32,000 nt of DNA from Synechocystis sp. PCC 6803 substr. PCC-P (GCF_000284455.1 NC_017039.1:1020001-1052000); one strand, 5' to 3'. Counted from the first letter of the stretch, positions 9,592 through 20,610 are shown. The notes: generated by a model from the sequence alone, not told the origin. Made by a program: numbers and translations.

Positions 9592-10338
9592 TCACACTGC
9601 CAGTTTGGGCCGGGAAAAAATCACCTGTAAACGGTCTAGATCCAACTCATCAAAACGGTCCACTGCCCAGTTAGCTTGCCTTTGCATAAAGTGATAGGGA
9701 TAGGTATGGGCAATGCCAACCACGGCCATACCGGCTTTTTTCGCCGCTTCAATGCCGGCAAAGGTATCTTCGATCGCCAGACAATTTTCCGGTAACAGGG
9801 GAGCGATGTCATCGAGCAAGCTATCGGTCACCGCTTGGCTCTGCCGCCATTGATTGAGTTTGTGAATAGCCAGTTGATAGCCATCCGGCTGGGGTTTACT
9901 GCTGGCAATATCATCCCCCGCCACAATGACTGGAAAGTACCTTGCTAGCCCAGCCCGGTCTAATCCGTATTCCACCTCTGACCTAACGGCCCCCGTCACC
10001 AAGGCGATCGCCAATCGTCGTAACTGCAACTTTTCGAGAAACTCCTTCAGTCCGCCATAGATGGGCAGGGTTTCCAGGGCCACCAGTTTTTGATGGTAGC
10101 TCTCCGCTTTGCGGTCAATTAGCTTTTGCAAATAGGCTTCCGTTAACCCCCGGCCCCGATGCTCAAACAAATCCACCAAACAAGCCCGGTCACTGCGGCC
10201 CAAACAAAACTGTTGGTACTCCGCTGGAGTGAGGGGACGCAAATTCTCAGTCAACAATAGCTCGTCAATCAGACTGCGATGGATCGCTTCATCGTTGATT
10301 ACCACGCCATTGAAGTCTAACAATACTGCCTTTAACAT
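9592..10338 (-). CDS. HAD-superfamily hydrolase, beta-phosphoglucomutase-like
   Basis: 248 aa; LKAVLLDFNGVVINDEAIH, ALVTGAVRSEVE, SSKPQPDGY, CLAIEDTFAGIEAAKKAGM. Confidence 0.92.
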   Translation of the reverse strand: MLKAVLLDFNGVVINDEAIHRSLIDELLLTENLRPLTPAEYQQFCLGRSDRACLVDLFEHRGRGLTEAYLQKLIDRKAESYHQKLVALETLPIYGGLKEFLEKLQLRRLAIALVTGAVRSEVEYGLDRAGLARYFPVIVAGDDIASSKPQPDGYQLAIHKLNQWRQSQAVTDSLLDDIAPLLPENCLAIEDTFAGIEAAKKAGMAVVGIAHTYPYHFMQRQANWAVDRFDELDLDRLQVIFSRPKLAV

Positions 10339-10497
10339 CTGATTGGCTCCTCTTTCTCCCTAGGCCAATGGGGTCATCAAACCCCACATCACCATGGTAA
10401 TCTTTCCTTTCCTCCTACCAGGGATTAATGCCCATCTCCGCTAAAATCAGTGCAGATGTGGCCCCCAGAGCCCTCCATCCATTTTGGTAACTTTTCC

Positions 10498-11244
10498 ATG
10501 GAAAAACTGTACGAAGGCAAAGCAAAAATCCTCTACCCCACCGAGGACCCAGATGTACTGCTAACTATTTTTAAGGACGATGCCACCGCCTTTAATGCCC
10601 AAAAAAAAGGCCAGATCCAGGGCAAAGGAGCCATTAACTGCGCCATTTCAGCGGCCCTATTCCGGTGGTTAGAAACCCTAGGGATTCCCACTCATTACAT
10701 TGACTGCCCCCAAAATGACCAAATGTTGGTCAAAGCGGTGAACATCATTCCCCTGGAGGTTGTGGTGCGTAATATTGCCGCCGGCAGTCTTTGTAAGCAA
10801 ACCGGTTTGAAGGAAGGCTTAGTACTGCCCAATCCGTTGGTGGAGTTTTATTTCAAAGATGATGCCTTAGGGGATCCCCTCCTGACCTGGGAACGGGCCT
10901 TGCTGTTGGGGGTTACCGATGAAGCGAGATTACAGACCCTAAAGGACTTGGCTTTGAATATCAATCAGCATCTGCAGAGGTTTTTTGCCCAGTGCGATAT
11001 CACCTTAGTGGACTTTAAGTTAGAATTTGGCGGCGATCGCCAAGGGAAAATCATCTTAGCCGATGAAATTAGCCCGGATACCTGTCGTTTGTGGGATAAC
11101 GCCCAGGCGGATCCCCAGGCCAGAGTACTAGACAAAGATCGTTTCCGGCGGGATTTGGGCTCAATTGAAGCCGCTTATCAAACAGTGGAAAAACGGGTTT
11201 TAAGCCAAATTGAACGCCTGCAGTCCCAAATGGGTGCCTTCTGA
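10498..11244 (+). CDS. purC: Phosphoribosylaminoimidazole-succinocarboxamide synthase
   Basis: MEKLYEGKAKILYPTEDPDVLL...FKDDATAFNAQKKGQI; EVVVRNIAAGSLCKQTG; LVDFKLEFG; ADEISPDTCRLWD. The internal ATG at 10498 fits the family N-terminus better than the tracked 10450 start. Confidence 0.97.
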   Translation: MEKLYEGKAKILYPTEDPDVLLTIFKDDATAFNAQKKGQIQGKGAINCAISAALFRWLETLGIPTHYIDCPQNDQMLVKAVNIIPLEVVVRNIAAGSLCKQTGLKEGLVLPNPLVEFYFKDDALGDPLLTWERALLLGVTDEARLQTLKDLALNINQHLQRFFAQCDITLVDFKLEFGGDRQGKIILADEISPDTCRLWDNAQADPQARVLDKDRFRRDLGSIEAAYQTVEKRVLSQIERLQSQMGAF

Positions 11245-11456
11245 TCATCGTTGCTTGGTGTGGAACCTTTCCAACGGGTCTGGGTCAACCTACCAGTTTA
11301 AAACCTTGCACAAACGGCTTGTCAGGAAACCGACAGGACTCGATAATGGGCAAGCAATCGCGGCGAATCTCTAGCCATCGCGGCGTTGTTTTTGGGTATT
11401 TTTCCATACCCCCCGTGTCCGTATTAATATTAATGGCTTGAATTGGGTGTCAGGAC

Positions 11457-14042
11457 GTGTCAAACCAGAACAAAAGCGTGATTCTTTCTCCTTACTATCG
11501 ACTTCTTTTGTTAACCAGTGGTCTTGTTCTGGGGGCATCTCCAGCCCAGGCAACTCAGGCATTTTCCCCCCTAAATATGTTGGCCGATGGGGACAACACG
11601 GAGCTATTAGTTTCGCCATCTTCAGAACTTAATTTCCCCGGCCCCACTTCCGAGTCAGAAGCTTCTAATTATTCAACTCTCCAGGAAGCTGCCCCCTCCG
11701 TCATAAACGCCCTCAATGGCGAGAATGGCGAGATCAGTGTTATCCCTCCTGAAATTGAGCAAATTGACGGCGATCGCCTGGGCCAGACAATGGAGATTAG
11801 TGCGGGTAATTTAGATGTCGGGGTTGATGATTTGCCCCCCATGGCCCCCGTTGATTCCGCGGAATTAGCTCAAGCTAACGAATTACCCCATGGCAATGCC
11901 GTTGCACAGGTTGCTCCAAGGGTAGCCCAGGTAGAACAGGAAAATTTAATCGCCGAAACAAAGACCGATAACCAGACCGATCACGTTGAGCCGCAATCAC
12001 CACTGATGGCCCAGGCCGCAGTGGAAGAAGAAGTTGAAGCGGTAGAAATGGAGGCAACGGAGGAAACCACCGGAGTAACGGAAGAAACGCCGGAGGAAAC
12101 TCCCTCTTTTACCCCCGATGCCCCTCCCACTAACACCGAGGGAACCCCGGGACCCACCCAGACACTGCCTAGTTTTACCCCTCCAGCCAGTCCTAGTACT
12201 ACTACCCCAGCCCCAGCCGAGGAAGAACCAAGGGTATTGGTCAGTGAAGTATTGGTTACCGGCACCACCCCGGAACTGGAGTTGCTGGTTTATAACGCCA
12301 TTCGCACCCAACCAGGCCGGACCACTACCCGTACTCAGTTGCAGGAGGACGTCAACGCCATCTATGCCACCGGCTATTTTAGTAATGTGCGGGTAGCCCC
12401 CAGTGATACCCCTCTAGGGGTGAGGGTGACCTTTGAAGTCCAGGCTAACCCCGTTTTCACCGGCTTGAACATACGCACAGTACCGGAAACGGCCGAAGGC
12501 AAGGAACGAATTCTGCCCCAGGAAGTGGTGGACGAAACCTTTGGGGAACAGTACGGCAAAATTCTCAACCTACGAGAATTACAAGAGGGCATTAAAACCA
12601 TCAATGAATGGTATTCCAACCAGGGTTATGACCTGGCCCAGGTGGTGGGGTCTCCCCAGGTGGGGGCTGATGGCCAGGTAACCTTGGTCATTGCCGAGGG
12701 CATTGTGGAGAATATCCAAGTGCGCTTTTTTGACTCGGAAGACGAGCCGGTGCAGGGCAGAACCAGGGATTTCATCATCACCAGGGAAATGCGCTTGAAG
12801 CCGGGGGACGTTTTTAACCGCAATCGAGCCCAAACGGACTTACAGCGGGTGTATAGCCTGGGACTGTTTGAAGATGTCAGGTTATCATTTAATCCCGGCA
12901 GTGATCCCACTGAAGTAATTGTCAACGTTGATGTAGTAGAAGGCAATACGGGATCGATCGCCGCCGGGGGGGGGATCAGTAGCAGCAGTGGGCTATTTGG
13001 TACCATCAGTTACCAGGAAAGAAATCTGGGGGGCAACAACCAAACCATTGGGGTGGAAGCCCAAGTAGGTCAAAGGGAGTTGTTGTTTGATGTTAGCTTT
13101 ACCGACCCGTGGATTGGTGGCGATCCATTCCGCACTTCCTACACTGCTAACCTTTTCCGCCGCCGGACCATTTCCCTCGTTTTTGACGGGGCTGATTCTT
13201 CCATTCGTACCTTTAACGGCTTTGACAGTCCTAGGGTTGTACGTACTGGTTTAGGGCTGACCTTTTTTAGACCGATCGCCGATGATGTGTTTGCCCCACC
13301 GGATTGGCGTTTGTCAGCGGGTTTTGGCTATCAAAATGTCCGCATTGAAAATGCCGCCGGGGCCCTGTCTCCCTTTTCTGCCCCTTTAAATGGTTTTAAT
13401 TCCCAGCCCCTGTCCTTCAGTGATTATGGGGTGGATGAGCTGTTTACCCTCTCCTTTGGTGCTTCCCAGGATAATCGCAACAATGCTTTGCAACCCACCA
13501 GTGGTTCCCTAGTGCGCTTTGGGGCAGAACAAACTATTCCCGTTGGCACCGGCAACATTATGATGACCCGGTTGCGGGGTAGTTATAGCTACTACATTCC
13601 AGTTAACTGGCTGGATTTGACCGGCTTTGGCCTTGTGGAATCCACCCAGCCCCAAACGGTGGCTTTCAACGTGCAAGCGGGAACTGTGCTGGGGGATTTA
13701 CCACCCTATGAAGCTTTCATTTTGGGGGGTAGTAACTCCGTGCGGGGTTATCAAGAAGGGGAACTGGGCAATGGTCGTAGTTTCTTCCAAGCTACGGCAG
13801 AATATCGTTTTCCCATTATCGCAGCGGTGGGAGGAGCTTTGTTTGTGGACTACGGCTCTAACCTTGGTTCCCAGGGCGCTGTACCAGGTTTTCCGGCGAT
13901 CGTTAGAGGTTTGCCCGGTTCCGGTGTGGGCTACGGTTTAGGGGTAAGAATCCAGTCCCCCGTAGGGCCCATCCGCATTGACCTAGGCTTTACTGGAGAG
14001 GGAGAATCCCGCATTAACTTCGGTATTGGCGAGAAGTTCTAG
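11457..14042 (+). CDS. bamA: Omp85/BamA (Toc75-like) outer membrane assembly protein
   Basis: 861 aa, GTG start, signal peptide ending ASPAQA, Pro/Thr/Glu-rich linker, POTRA domains, C-terminal barrel with VRGYQEGELGNGRSF and GPIRIDLGF. Confidence 0.95.
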   Translation: MSNQNKSVILSPYYRLLLLTSGLVLGASPAQATQAFSPLNMLADGDNTELLVSPSSELNFPGPTSESEASNYSTLQEAAPSVINALNGENGEISVIPPEIEQIDGDRLGQTMEISAGNLDVGVDDLPPMAPVDSAELAQANELPHGNAVAQVAPRVAQVEQENLIAETKTDNQTDHVEPQSPLMAQAAVEEEVEAVEMEATEETTGVTEETPEETPSFTPDAPPTNTEGTPGPTQTLPSFTPPASPSTTTPAPAEEEPRVLVSEVLVTGTTPELELLVYNAIRTQPGRTTTRTQLQEDVNAIYATGYFSNVRVAPSDTPLGVRVTFEVQANPVFTGLNIRTVPETAEGKERILPQEVVDETFGEQYGKILNLRELQEGIKTINEWYSNQGYDLAQVVGSPQVGADGQVTLVIAEGIVENIQVRFFDSEDEPVQGRTRDFIITREMRLKPGDVFNRNRAQTDLQRVYSLGLFEDVRLSFNPGSDPTEVIVNVDVVEGNTGSIAAGGGISSSSGLFGTISYQERNLGGNNQTIGVEAQVGQRELLFDVSFTDPWIGGDPFRTSYTANLFRRRTISLVFDGADSSIRTFNGFDSPRVVRTGLGLTFFRPIADDVFAPPDWRLSAGFGYQNVRIENAAGALSPFSAPLNGFNSQPLSFSDYGVDELFTLSFGASQDNRNNALQPTSGSLVRFGAEQTIPVGTGNIMMTRLRGSYSYYIPVNWLDLTGFGLVESTQPQTVAFNVQAGTVLGDLPPYEAFILGGSNSVRGYQEGELGNGRSFFQATAEYRFPIIAAVGGALFVDYGSNLGSQGAVPGFPAIVRGLPGSGVGYGLGVRIQSPVGPIRIDLGFTGEGESRINFGIGEKF

Positions 14043-14156
14043 GGCAAAACCCAACCCACCATTGGACAGATCCGCTGTTAACTTGAGACAATGTTTGCAG
14101 CTAGAGCCTAGAAAGAGTGGGCCCATTGCTAATGCCCGCTTATTTTTTCCCATCGC

Positions 14157-15800
14157 ATGCAAACTTCCCCATCTTCCACTGCGCCGTGTGCGGACAAAGC
14201 CCTGGACGATCTTTTGAAAGAGGTCGATCGCCGTCGTAATTTTGCCATCATTTCCCACCCCGATGCGGGGAAAACTACCCTAACGGAAAAATTGTTGTTG
14301 TATGGGGGCGCAATTCAGGAGGCGGGGGCCGTGAAAGCTCGCCGTAGTCAGCGCAGTGCCACGTCCGACTGGATGGCCATGGAGCAACAGCGGGGTATTT
14401 CCATCACTTCCACCGTGCTGCAGTTCGACTACCGGGGCAAAATTCTTAACTTGTTGGATACCCCAGGGCACCAAGATTTTAGTGAAGATACCTACCGTAC
14501 CTTGGCCGCAGCAGACAACGCGGTGATGTTAATTGATGCCGCTAAGGGGTTAGAAACCCAAACCCGCAAACTGTTTGAAGTGTGTCGTCTGCGCCATCTG
14601 CCCATTTTCACTTTTATTAACAAGCTCGATCGCCCCAGCTTGACCCCCCTGGAATTGATGGACGAAATTGAACAGGAATTGGGCATGAACACCTATGCGG
14701 TCAACTATCCCATCGGCACCGGCGATCGGTTTCGGGGCGTTTACAACCGTTTAACCAAAACTATCCATTTGTTTGAGCGAACGGGCACCCACGGCAGCAA
14801 AAAAGCTGCGGATCAGACCATGGCCCTAGATGATCCGGCCCTGGAATCATTGCTAGGTAGTGATGTGTACGCCGAATTTCAAGATGAGTTGGAATTAATC
14901 GAAGAAGCGGGGGCCGAATTTGATTTAGCCGCCGTCCATGGCGGAGAAATGACCCCGGTATTTTTTGGCAGTGCCATGAATAACTTTGGCGTAGAACTAT
15001 TTTTGCAAGCGTTTTTGCAGTATGCCGCTAAGCCCGAAGCCCATGACAGTAACCGAGGAACTATTGAACCCACCTATGAAGAATTTTCCGGTTTTGTCTT
15101 TAAACTCCAGGCCAATATGGACCCTAAACACCGGGACCGCATTGCCTTTTTGCGGGTTTGTTCTGGTAAATTTGAAAAGGATATGGTGGTAAAACATCCC
15201 CGAACGGGCAAAACAGTGCGTTTATCCCGACCCCAAAAACTTTTTGCCCAGGAACGGGAATCGGTGGACATTGCCTATGCGGGGGACGTGATTGGTTTAA
15301 ATAATCCGGGGGCATTCACCATCGGCGATACGGTTCATACTGGCGAAAAAATAATTTATCCCCCCATTCCATCCTTTTCTCCTGAGCTATTTGCCTATCT
15401 CAGATCCACCGATCCTAGTCAGTATAAAAACTTTAAGAAAGGGGTATCAGAGTTACAGGAAGAAGGGGCGGTGCAAATTCTCCAATCCCTGGATGAAAGT
15501 AAACGAGATCCTATTTTGGCCGCGGTGGGACAATTGCAATTTGAAGTGGTACAGTATCGCCTCCAGGAAGAGTACGGAGTAGAAACCAGATTAGAGCCCC
15601 TTGGTTTTTCCCTGGCCCGCTGGGTGGTGGAAGGTTGGGATGCCCTGGAAAAAGCGGGACGGTTATTCAATACGGTGGTGGTCAAAGATCGCTGGGATGC
15701 GCCAGTTTTACTGTTTAAAAATCAGTGGAATTTGGAACAAGTGGCAGGGGATTGTCTTGATTTAAAACTAAGTGCGATTGCCATTCCCCCTTCCTTATAA
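14157..15800 (+). CDS. prfC: Peptide chain release factor 3 (RF3 GTPase)
   Basis: 547 aa; [69 protein letters not shown]. Confidence 0.97.
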   Translation: MQTSPSSTAPCADKALDDLLKEVDRRRNFAIISHPDAGKTTLTEKLLLYGGAIQEAGAVKARRSQRSATSDWMAMEQQRGISITSTVLQFDYRGKILNLLDTPGHQDFSEDTYRTLAAADNAVMLIDAAKGLETQTRKLFEVCRLRHLPIFTFINKLDRPSLTPLELMDEIEQELGMNTYAVNYPIGTGDRFRGVYNRLTKTIHLFERTGTHGSKKAADQTMALDDPALESLLGSDVYAEFQDELELIEEAGAEFDLAAVHGGEMTPVFFGSAMNNFGVELFLQAFLQYAAKPEAHDSNRGTIEPTYEEFSGFVFKLQANMDPKHRDRIAFLRVCSGKFEKDMVVKHPRTGKTVRLSRPQKLFAQERESVDIAYAGDVIGLNNPGAFTIGDTVHTGEKIIYPPIPSFSPELFAYLRSTDPSQYKNFKKGVSELQEEGAVQILQSLDESKRDPILAAVGQLQFEVVQYRLQEEYGVETRLEPLGFSLARWVVEGWDALEKAGRLFNTVVVKDRWDAPVLLFKNQWNLEQVAGDCLDLKLSAIAIPPSL

Positions 15801-15847
15801 AAATTCTCGCGAAAAATCTTGTAAAAGACTAAGTTTTAGACCGAATA

Positions 15848-17344
15848 ATGATCAATTGGACGATATTAAAGCGGGAGTGGTTTCGCAATACCAAGGAAGA
15901 TTTGTTGGCCGGGGCTGTGGTGGGTTTGGCCCTTATCCCCGAGGCGATCGCCTTTTCCATCATTGCTGGGGTTGACCCCAAGGTGGGACTTTATGCTTCC
16001 TTCACCATTGCTGTGTTGACGGCCTTTTTTGGTGGGCGATCGGGGTCTATTTCTGCCGCTACAGGGGCCATGGCCCTATTAATGGTGGATTTAGTCAAAG
16101 ACCACGGTTTGCAGTACCTGCTGGCCGCCACCGTACTGACGGGAATTTTTCAGGTTTTGTTGGGGGTTTTTAAAGTTGCTAAGCAAATGCGCTACGTCCC
16201 CAGGGCGGTGGTGTTGGGTTACATCAATGCTTTAGCCGTGTTGATTTTTTTGGCCCAGCTACCCCAGCTAGACCCGACTAAAGTTAGTCAATATTGGTTA
16301 GTTTATTTAATCTTGGCCTGTTCCCTAGCAATTATTTATATTCTGCCCACGTTTACCAAGGTTTTTCCCTCTCCTTTGGTGGCTTTATTTGTGATGACCA
16401 ATGCCACTATTTTCTTGCAACTAGATGTGCCCACTGTGGGAGATATGGGGGAGTTACCTGGGAGTCTACCAATTTTTTTACTACCCCAAATTCCCTTTAA
16501 TTGGCAAACTTTACAAATTATTTTGCCCTATTCCCTTACCCTGGCGATCGTTGGGTTGCTGGCTTCCTTTTTAACCGCATCTTTAGTGGATGAATTGACC
16601 GATACCCCCAGCGACAAAAACCGCGAAGCCAAAGGCCAGGGTATTGCCAATATTGTCACTGGTTTTTTTGGTGGCATGGCGGGCTGTGGCATGATTGGCC
16701 AATCAGTCATCAATGTGCAATCCGGCGGTCGGGGCCGGTTATCCACCTTTGCGGCGGGAATTTTTCTCTTAATTGCTATTTTGGGGTTAAAGGACTGGGT
16801 GCAACAAATGCCCATGGCAACCTTAGTAGCTGTGATGATTATGGTTTCCATTGGCACTTTTCGTTGGTCTTCCCTGCGGGACTTCCGTAAAATTCCCCAG
16901 AGCGAAAACATTGTTATGTTCACCACCATGGGGCTAATTATTATCACTCGTAACTTTGCCCTGGGGGTGGCGGCAGGCATTATTATGAGTACGATCTTTT
17001 TTACCCGCAAAATTGCCCAACTTGTTTTTGTGGATAGGGTTTTAACAGAGGATGAAAACCACCGTATTTATAATGTCTCTGGTCAAATTTTCTTCGTTTC
17101 CAAAGAAGAATTCCTTGAAGCCTTTGATTTTGACGAATTGGTAGACCGGGTTACCATCGATTTAACCCATGCCCATCTCTGGGACCAGGGGGCAGTGGGC
17201 ACAGTGGAGCAAATCATGACCAAGTTCCGGCGCAATGGCATTGATGTGGAATTGGTGGGTTTAAACGGAGCGAGTGCGACCCTTTGGCAAAAATTGATCA
17301 AGGAACCGGAACTAAAACTGATTAATTCTTCTGCTGAAAATTAA
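15848..17344 (+). CDS. SulP family anion permease with C-terminal STAS domain
   Basis: 498 aa; [69 protein letters not shown] region [21 protein letters not shown]. Confidence 0.95.
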   Translation: MINWTILKREWFRNTKEDLLAGAVVGLALIPEAIAFSIIAGVDPKVGLYASFTIAVLTAFFGGRSGSISAATGAMALLMVDLVKDHGLQYLLAATVLTGIFQVLLGVFKVAKQMRYVPRAVVLGYINALAVLIFLAQLPQLDPTKVSQYWLVYLILACSLAIIYILPTFTKVFPSPLVALFVMTNATIFLQLDVPTVGDMGELPGSLPIFLLPQIPFNWQTLQIILPYSLTLAIVGLLASFLTASLVDELTDTPSDKNREAKGQGIANIVTGFFGGMAGCGMIGQSVINVQSGGRGRLSTFAAGIFLLIAILGLKDWVQQMPMATLVAVMIMVSIGTFRWSSLRDFRKIPQSENIVMFTTMGLIIITRNFALGVAAGIIMSTIFFTRKIAQLVFVDRVLTEDENHRIYNVSGQIFFVSKEEFLEAFDFDELVDRVTIDLTHAHLWDQGAVGTVEQIMTKFRRNGIDVELVGLNGASATLWQKLIKEPELKLINSSAEN

Positions 17345-17443
17345 GGTTTGATATCAGTACTGAACTAGAGCGAAATTGGGGGAACTGGCCACGCTTTTTT
17401 AAAACTTACACATCACTAATTATTTTTTGGGAATGTTACCATT

Positions 17444-18307
17444 GTGAAAAATATTTTGCTTTGCACTGATGGATCGGATTTCGCTCAGCAAAGTTATCCC
17501 TACGCCGCCTGGTTAGCCAGTAAATTAGGCGGCAATATCAAGGTTTTATACGTTACTGATATCCGGGCCCAAAAGGCAGTGGAATCGGTCAATTTGAGTG
17601 GCAGTATTGGCTTAGGAACTTCTGAAGAATTATTAAAACAATTGGTGGATTTAGAACATACTAAAGCCAAACTTAATCATCAAAAGGCGAAACTGGTCCT
17701 GGCAACGGCTAAAAACACTCTCCAGCAAGCTGGCATAGAATCGGTGCAGGTTATGCACAAAACAGGTTTTTTATTGGATTGTCTAGAAGATTTGAAGGGC
17801 GATTTTGATGTAATTATCCTGGGGAAAAGAGGGGAAACAGCTAAATTTGCCCAGGGCCATTTGGGAGCCAATATGGAGAGAATTATTCGCAGTATTCCCA
17901 AGCCCTGTTTGGTTACTCCAAAGCAGTTTCAAACCATTACCAAAGTTCTTTTTGCCTATGACGGTAGTGCCAGTTGCCAAAAAATTCTGCAGTTTTTGGC
18001 CGGTTCCTCCCTGTTGGCTGATTTGCCCCTACACATTGTCACGGTGGGGAAAACCAACCAAGACCCCCAGGCGATCGCCAATTTGGGTACAGCCGAAAAA
18101 GTCTTGGAAAAAGCTGGTTTTAAGCTCGAGGTGGAATTGTTGGTGGGCCATGCGGAAGAAGCCATTGTTCGTTACCAGGAAGATAACGCCATTGATTTAT
18201 TGTTAATGGGGGCCCATGGCCATAGCCGTATTCGCCATTTGGTTATCGGTAGTACCACCGCCCAAGTTCTACGAAAAACTTCCATTCCGGTTCTAACCTT
18301 TCGCTAG
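17444..18307 (+). CDS. Tandem universal stress protein (two Usp domains)
   Basis: 287 aa; MKNILLCTDGSDFAQQ...VIILGKRGETAKFAQGHLGANMERIIRSIPKPCLV, then KVLFAYDGSASCQ...LLLMGAHGHSRIRHLVIGSTTAQVLRKTSIPVLTF. Confidence 0.95.
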   Translation: MKNILLCTDGSDFAQQSYPYAAWLASKLGGNIKVLYVTDIRAQKAVESVNLSGSIGLGTSEELLKQLVDLEHTKAKLNHQKAKLVLATAKNTLQQAGIESVQVMHKTGFLLDCLEDLKGDFDVIILGKRGETAKFAQGHLGANMERIIRSIPKPCLVTPKQFQTITKVLFAYDGSASCQKILQFLAGSSLLADLPLHIVTVGKTNQDPQAIANLGTAEKVLEKAGFKLEVELLVGHAEEAIVRYQEDNAIDLLLMGAHGHSRIRHLVIGSTTAQVLRKTSIPVLTFR

Positions 18308-19297
18308 GGAATTCAATAAATGCTCGGCGATCGCCAATCCCGATAGGGCTGCTCCTTCCACTTTGCCGCCATGGAAAGCATCTCCCCCAAAGTAAACTGG
18401 GCCAGGAAAATCGCCAAAGAGAAAGGGTTGATCGAGGGGATTTTGGGGATGGCTATAGCGCCAGAGATGCAAGTGGGAAGCCAACACCGCTGAACCTGAC
18501 CAGGGTTGGGCCGCGGCGGTCATTAATGCGATTACCTGTTCCGTATCGGTGGCTAAATAATGACGACTAAACTCTGGGCCTGCTTGCACTGTCACTCCGT
18601 AGCCATGGGGAGAAATTCCTTTTTTCGTACTGCAAGCCATCCAAGCCAAGGGTTCCCCCGATAACCAAAGACCACCGGGGTCAGGCACTAAACTGGGTTG
18701 TTCCAACAGTAAAGATAAACTGAAACAAGGGTCATATACCACCCCAGTCAAAGTCTGTTGAATATCGGCGGGCAAATTGATGTTAGATACTGTCAATAAT
18801 TCTAGGGTTTGGGGTAACGGGGCCGTCACCACTAGGCGATCGCCTTGGTAAATCCCCCCGGAATCACAGTGAATTTGCCAAATATTATCCTGCCAGTGAA
18901 AAGCATTAACCTTTTCCTGATTAACTACTTTCAAATCCTGGGCGAGGTATTGGGCCAAACTGCGATTGCTCGGTTCCCCTCGATATAGCTTTACCCCCTG
19001 ACTGCGGATTGTGCCTGTTTCCGTACCCATCCCTTCTGCCCAAACCTTGACCACCCCTGCCTTAATCCAATCCTCCACCCAAGCAAGAAAAAGGGGATGC
19101 TGGGCTTTGAAATATTGGGCCCCAAAATCGAAACATCCCACTGCGTCCCCATGGCGTAATCTCCGGGAAGCCAGTCTGCCCCCTATGCCCTTGCCTTTAT
19201 CCAACACGGTGACCTCCAAGCCCTGGAGTTGCAACACCACCGCCGCCATTAAACCGCAGAGACCACCACCCACAATAACCACGGATATTTGCTTCAT
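18293..19297 (-). CDS. FAD/NAD(P)-dependent amine-oxidoreductase-like (renalase-like) protein
   Basis: 334 aa; IVGGGLCGLMAAVVLQLQGLEVTVLDKGKGIGGRLASRR, C-terminal YFGGDAFHGGKVEGAALSGLAIAEHLL. Confidence 0.9.
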   Translation of the reverse strand: MKQISVVIVGGGLCGLMAAVVLQLQGLEVTVLDKGKGIGGRLASRRLRHGDAVGCFDFGAQYFKAQHPLFLAWVEDWIKAGVVKVWAEGMGTETGTIRSQGVKLYRGEPSNRSLAQYLAQDLKVVNQEKVNAFHWQDNIWQIHCDSGGIYQGDRLVVTAPLPQTLELLTVSNINLPADIQQTLTGVVYDPCFSLSLLLEQPSLVPDPGGLWLSGEPLAWMACSTKKGISPHGYGVTVQAGPEFSRHYLATDTEQVIALMTAAAQPWSGSAVLASHLHLWRYSHPQNPLDQPFLFGDFPGPVYFGGDAFHGGKVEGAALSGLAIAEHLLNSLAKG

Positions 19298-19450
19298 TTC
19301 TGTTAAATTTTTGTTAATTTTAATTACCTAATCGTTTCATTGATCGAGCTAGTTAACCCTTTGAAGAGGAGGTAACAACTAGTCAACTATAATGTTAGAT
19401 GGAAATCAAAATCTTTTCAGAATTTGCGTCGAATTCAATGGTGATTCACC

Positions 19451-19987
19451 ATGAAAGGTCACATCAATGCTCCGGAAAAAGTTTCTCCCCACCGTATCTT
19501 GAAACTCTTTAACTTGATGGCCGTGTTTGGTCTGTTGGGGCAAGGTTTTTGGTTGCAAGCCCCTGCCTTGGGCCAAAATGCTCTCACCGTCTGTGGGGCA
19601 GAAACCGGCAGGGTCTATTTACGGGATCGTCCTAGCAATGCTAGTCAAAATGCTAACCGCACCCTAGCCAACGGCACCCCTGTGCGAGGATACGAATATC
19701 GCAACGGCTTTGTTTTTGTGGAAACCGTCAATGGTTTTTCGGGGTGGGTCACAGAACGCTATCTTTGTGGCAGTTCCCCCGTTGGAAGTTCCCCTTCCTA
19801 TATCTGTGGTGCCGAAACGGGACGGGTATATTTGCGCGATCGCCCCAGCAATAGCAGCCAAAATGCCAACCGCACCCTGAGCAATGGCACTGCAGTTAGT
19901 ACCGAGGGTTATAGCAACGGTTTCTTCCTGGTGGAAACCATGGACGGCATGAGAGGCTGGGTGACAGAGCGTTATGTTTGTCCTTGA
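19451..19987 (+). CDS. Secreted protein with two tandem bacterial SH3 repeats
   Basis: 178 aa; signal-like hydrophobic N-terminus; two near-identical modules VCGAETGRVYLRDRPSNASQNANRTLANGTPV... and ICGAETGRVYLRDRPSNSSQNANRTLSNGTAV... Confidence 0.85.
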   Translation: MKGHINAPEKVSPHRILKLFNLMAVFGLLGQGFWLQAPALGQNALTVCGAETGRVYLRDRPSNASQNANRTLANGTPVRGYEYRNGFVFVETVNGFSGWVTERYLCGSSPVGSSPSYICGAETGRVYLRDRPSNSSQNANRTLSNGTAVSTEGYSNGFFLVETMDGMRGWVTERYVCP

Positions 19988-20346
19988 TGGAAAAATGGGA
20001 AATGATATTGTAAAGTCTTTTCCTCAATAATCCTAAAACAACACTAAAACTGAAAGAATCAAATTACTTCCAACCAGCCTTGGCCATGAAGGTTAACTTT
20101 AACTAGCGGACAGCGCCCGGTTGAGGGTATTTCGCGGGTAGCCAGGGATAGATGTCCGATGAATTAATTGAAAATCTTTAGAGATAAATCTGGAGCACTG
20201 TGCCGCAAAGATACTTAGCCAGATGGGCAAGGTGAAAGTCAATGGTGATCATTGGTTAACCTATGGGGCTCAATAAAACTTTCCAAAGGTATTCCCGTCT
20301 CGTTAGAATCAGAGGTAATTCCCGAAATAGTCAGTGAATCATAACC

Positions 20347-20610
20347 ATGTCCATAATGTTGCAAGACCCCCAAATCATTCGTTTCTATCAAAAGTTAACT
20401 GATGCGATGGTGGATTTATGGAACCGTAGTCGTTCGATGGATGAAATCCGCCTCTATGTGGATGGGTTTATTGCCTGTCTGCGTTTCAGCAACCAAATTG
20501 AACCCTACTTGATCCACCGTCTGGAGGAAGAAGTCTTTGCTTTTTTAAGAGACCCTTCCAACTTCAGTTACCCTGCTTTTGAAACTGAGAAAGACTACGA
20601 CTACTTTTAG
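20347..20610 (+). CDS. Small conserved cyanobacterial protein of unknown function
   Basis: 87 aa MSIMLQDPQIIRFYQKLTDAMVDLWNRSRSMDEIRLYVDGFIACLRF..., ending in an acidic YDYF tail; resembles a conserved cyanobacterial DUF. Confidence 0.75.
   Translation: MSIMLQDPQIIRFYQKLTDAMVDLWNRSRSMDEIRLYVDGFIACLRFSNQIEPYLIHRLEEEVFAFLRDPSNFSYPAFETEKDYDYF

Noticed and set aside
11345-11385. Short direct repeat TCGCGGCG ... TCGCGGCG as a possible CRISPR or operator
   Set aside because: Only two 8-bp copies with no regular array; likely compositional chance.
12118-12396. 92-aa Pro-rich ORF and several minus-strand ORFs within the Omp85 gene
   Set aside because: Alternate frames of a biased-composition region in a clearly real CDS.
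19361-19393. TTGAAG ... TATAAT as a sigma70 promoter for the SH3b protein
   Set aside because: TATAAT is a good -10, but the spacing to the candidate -35 is about 21 nt. It is not strong enough to list as a feature.
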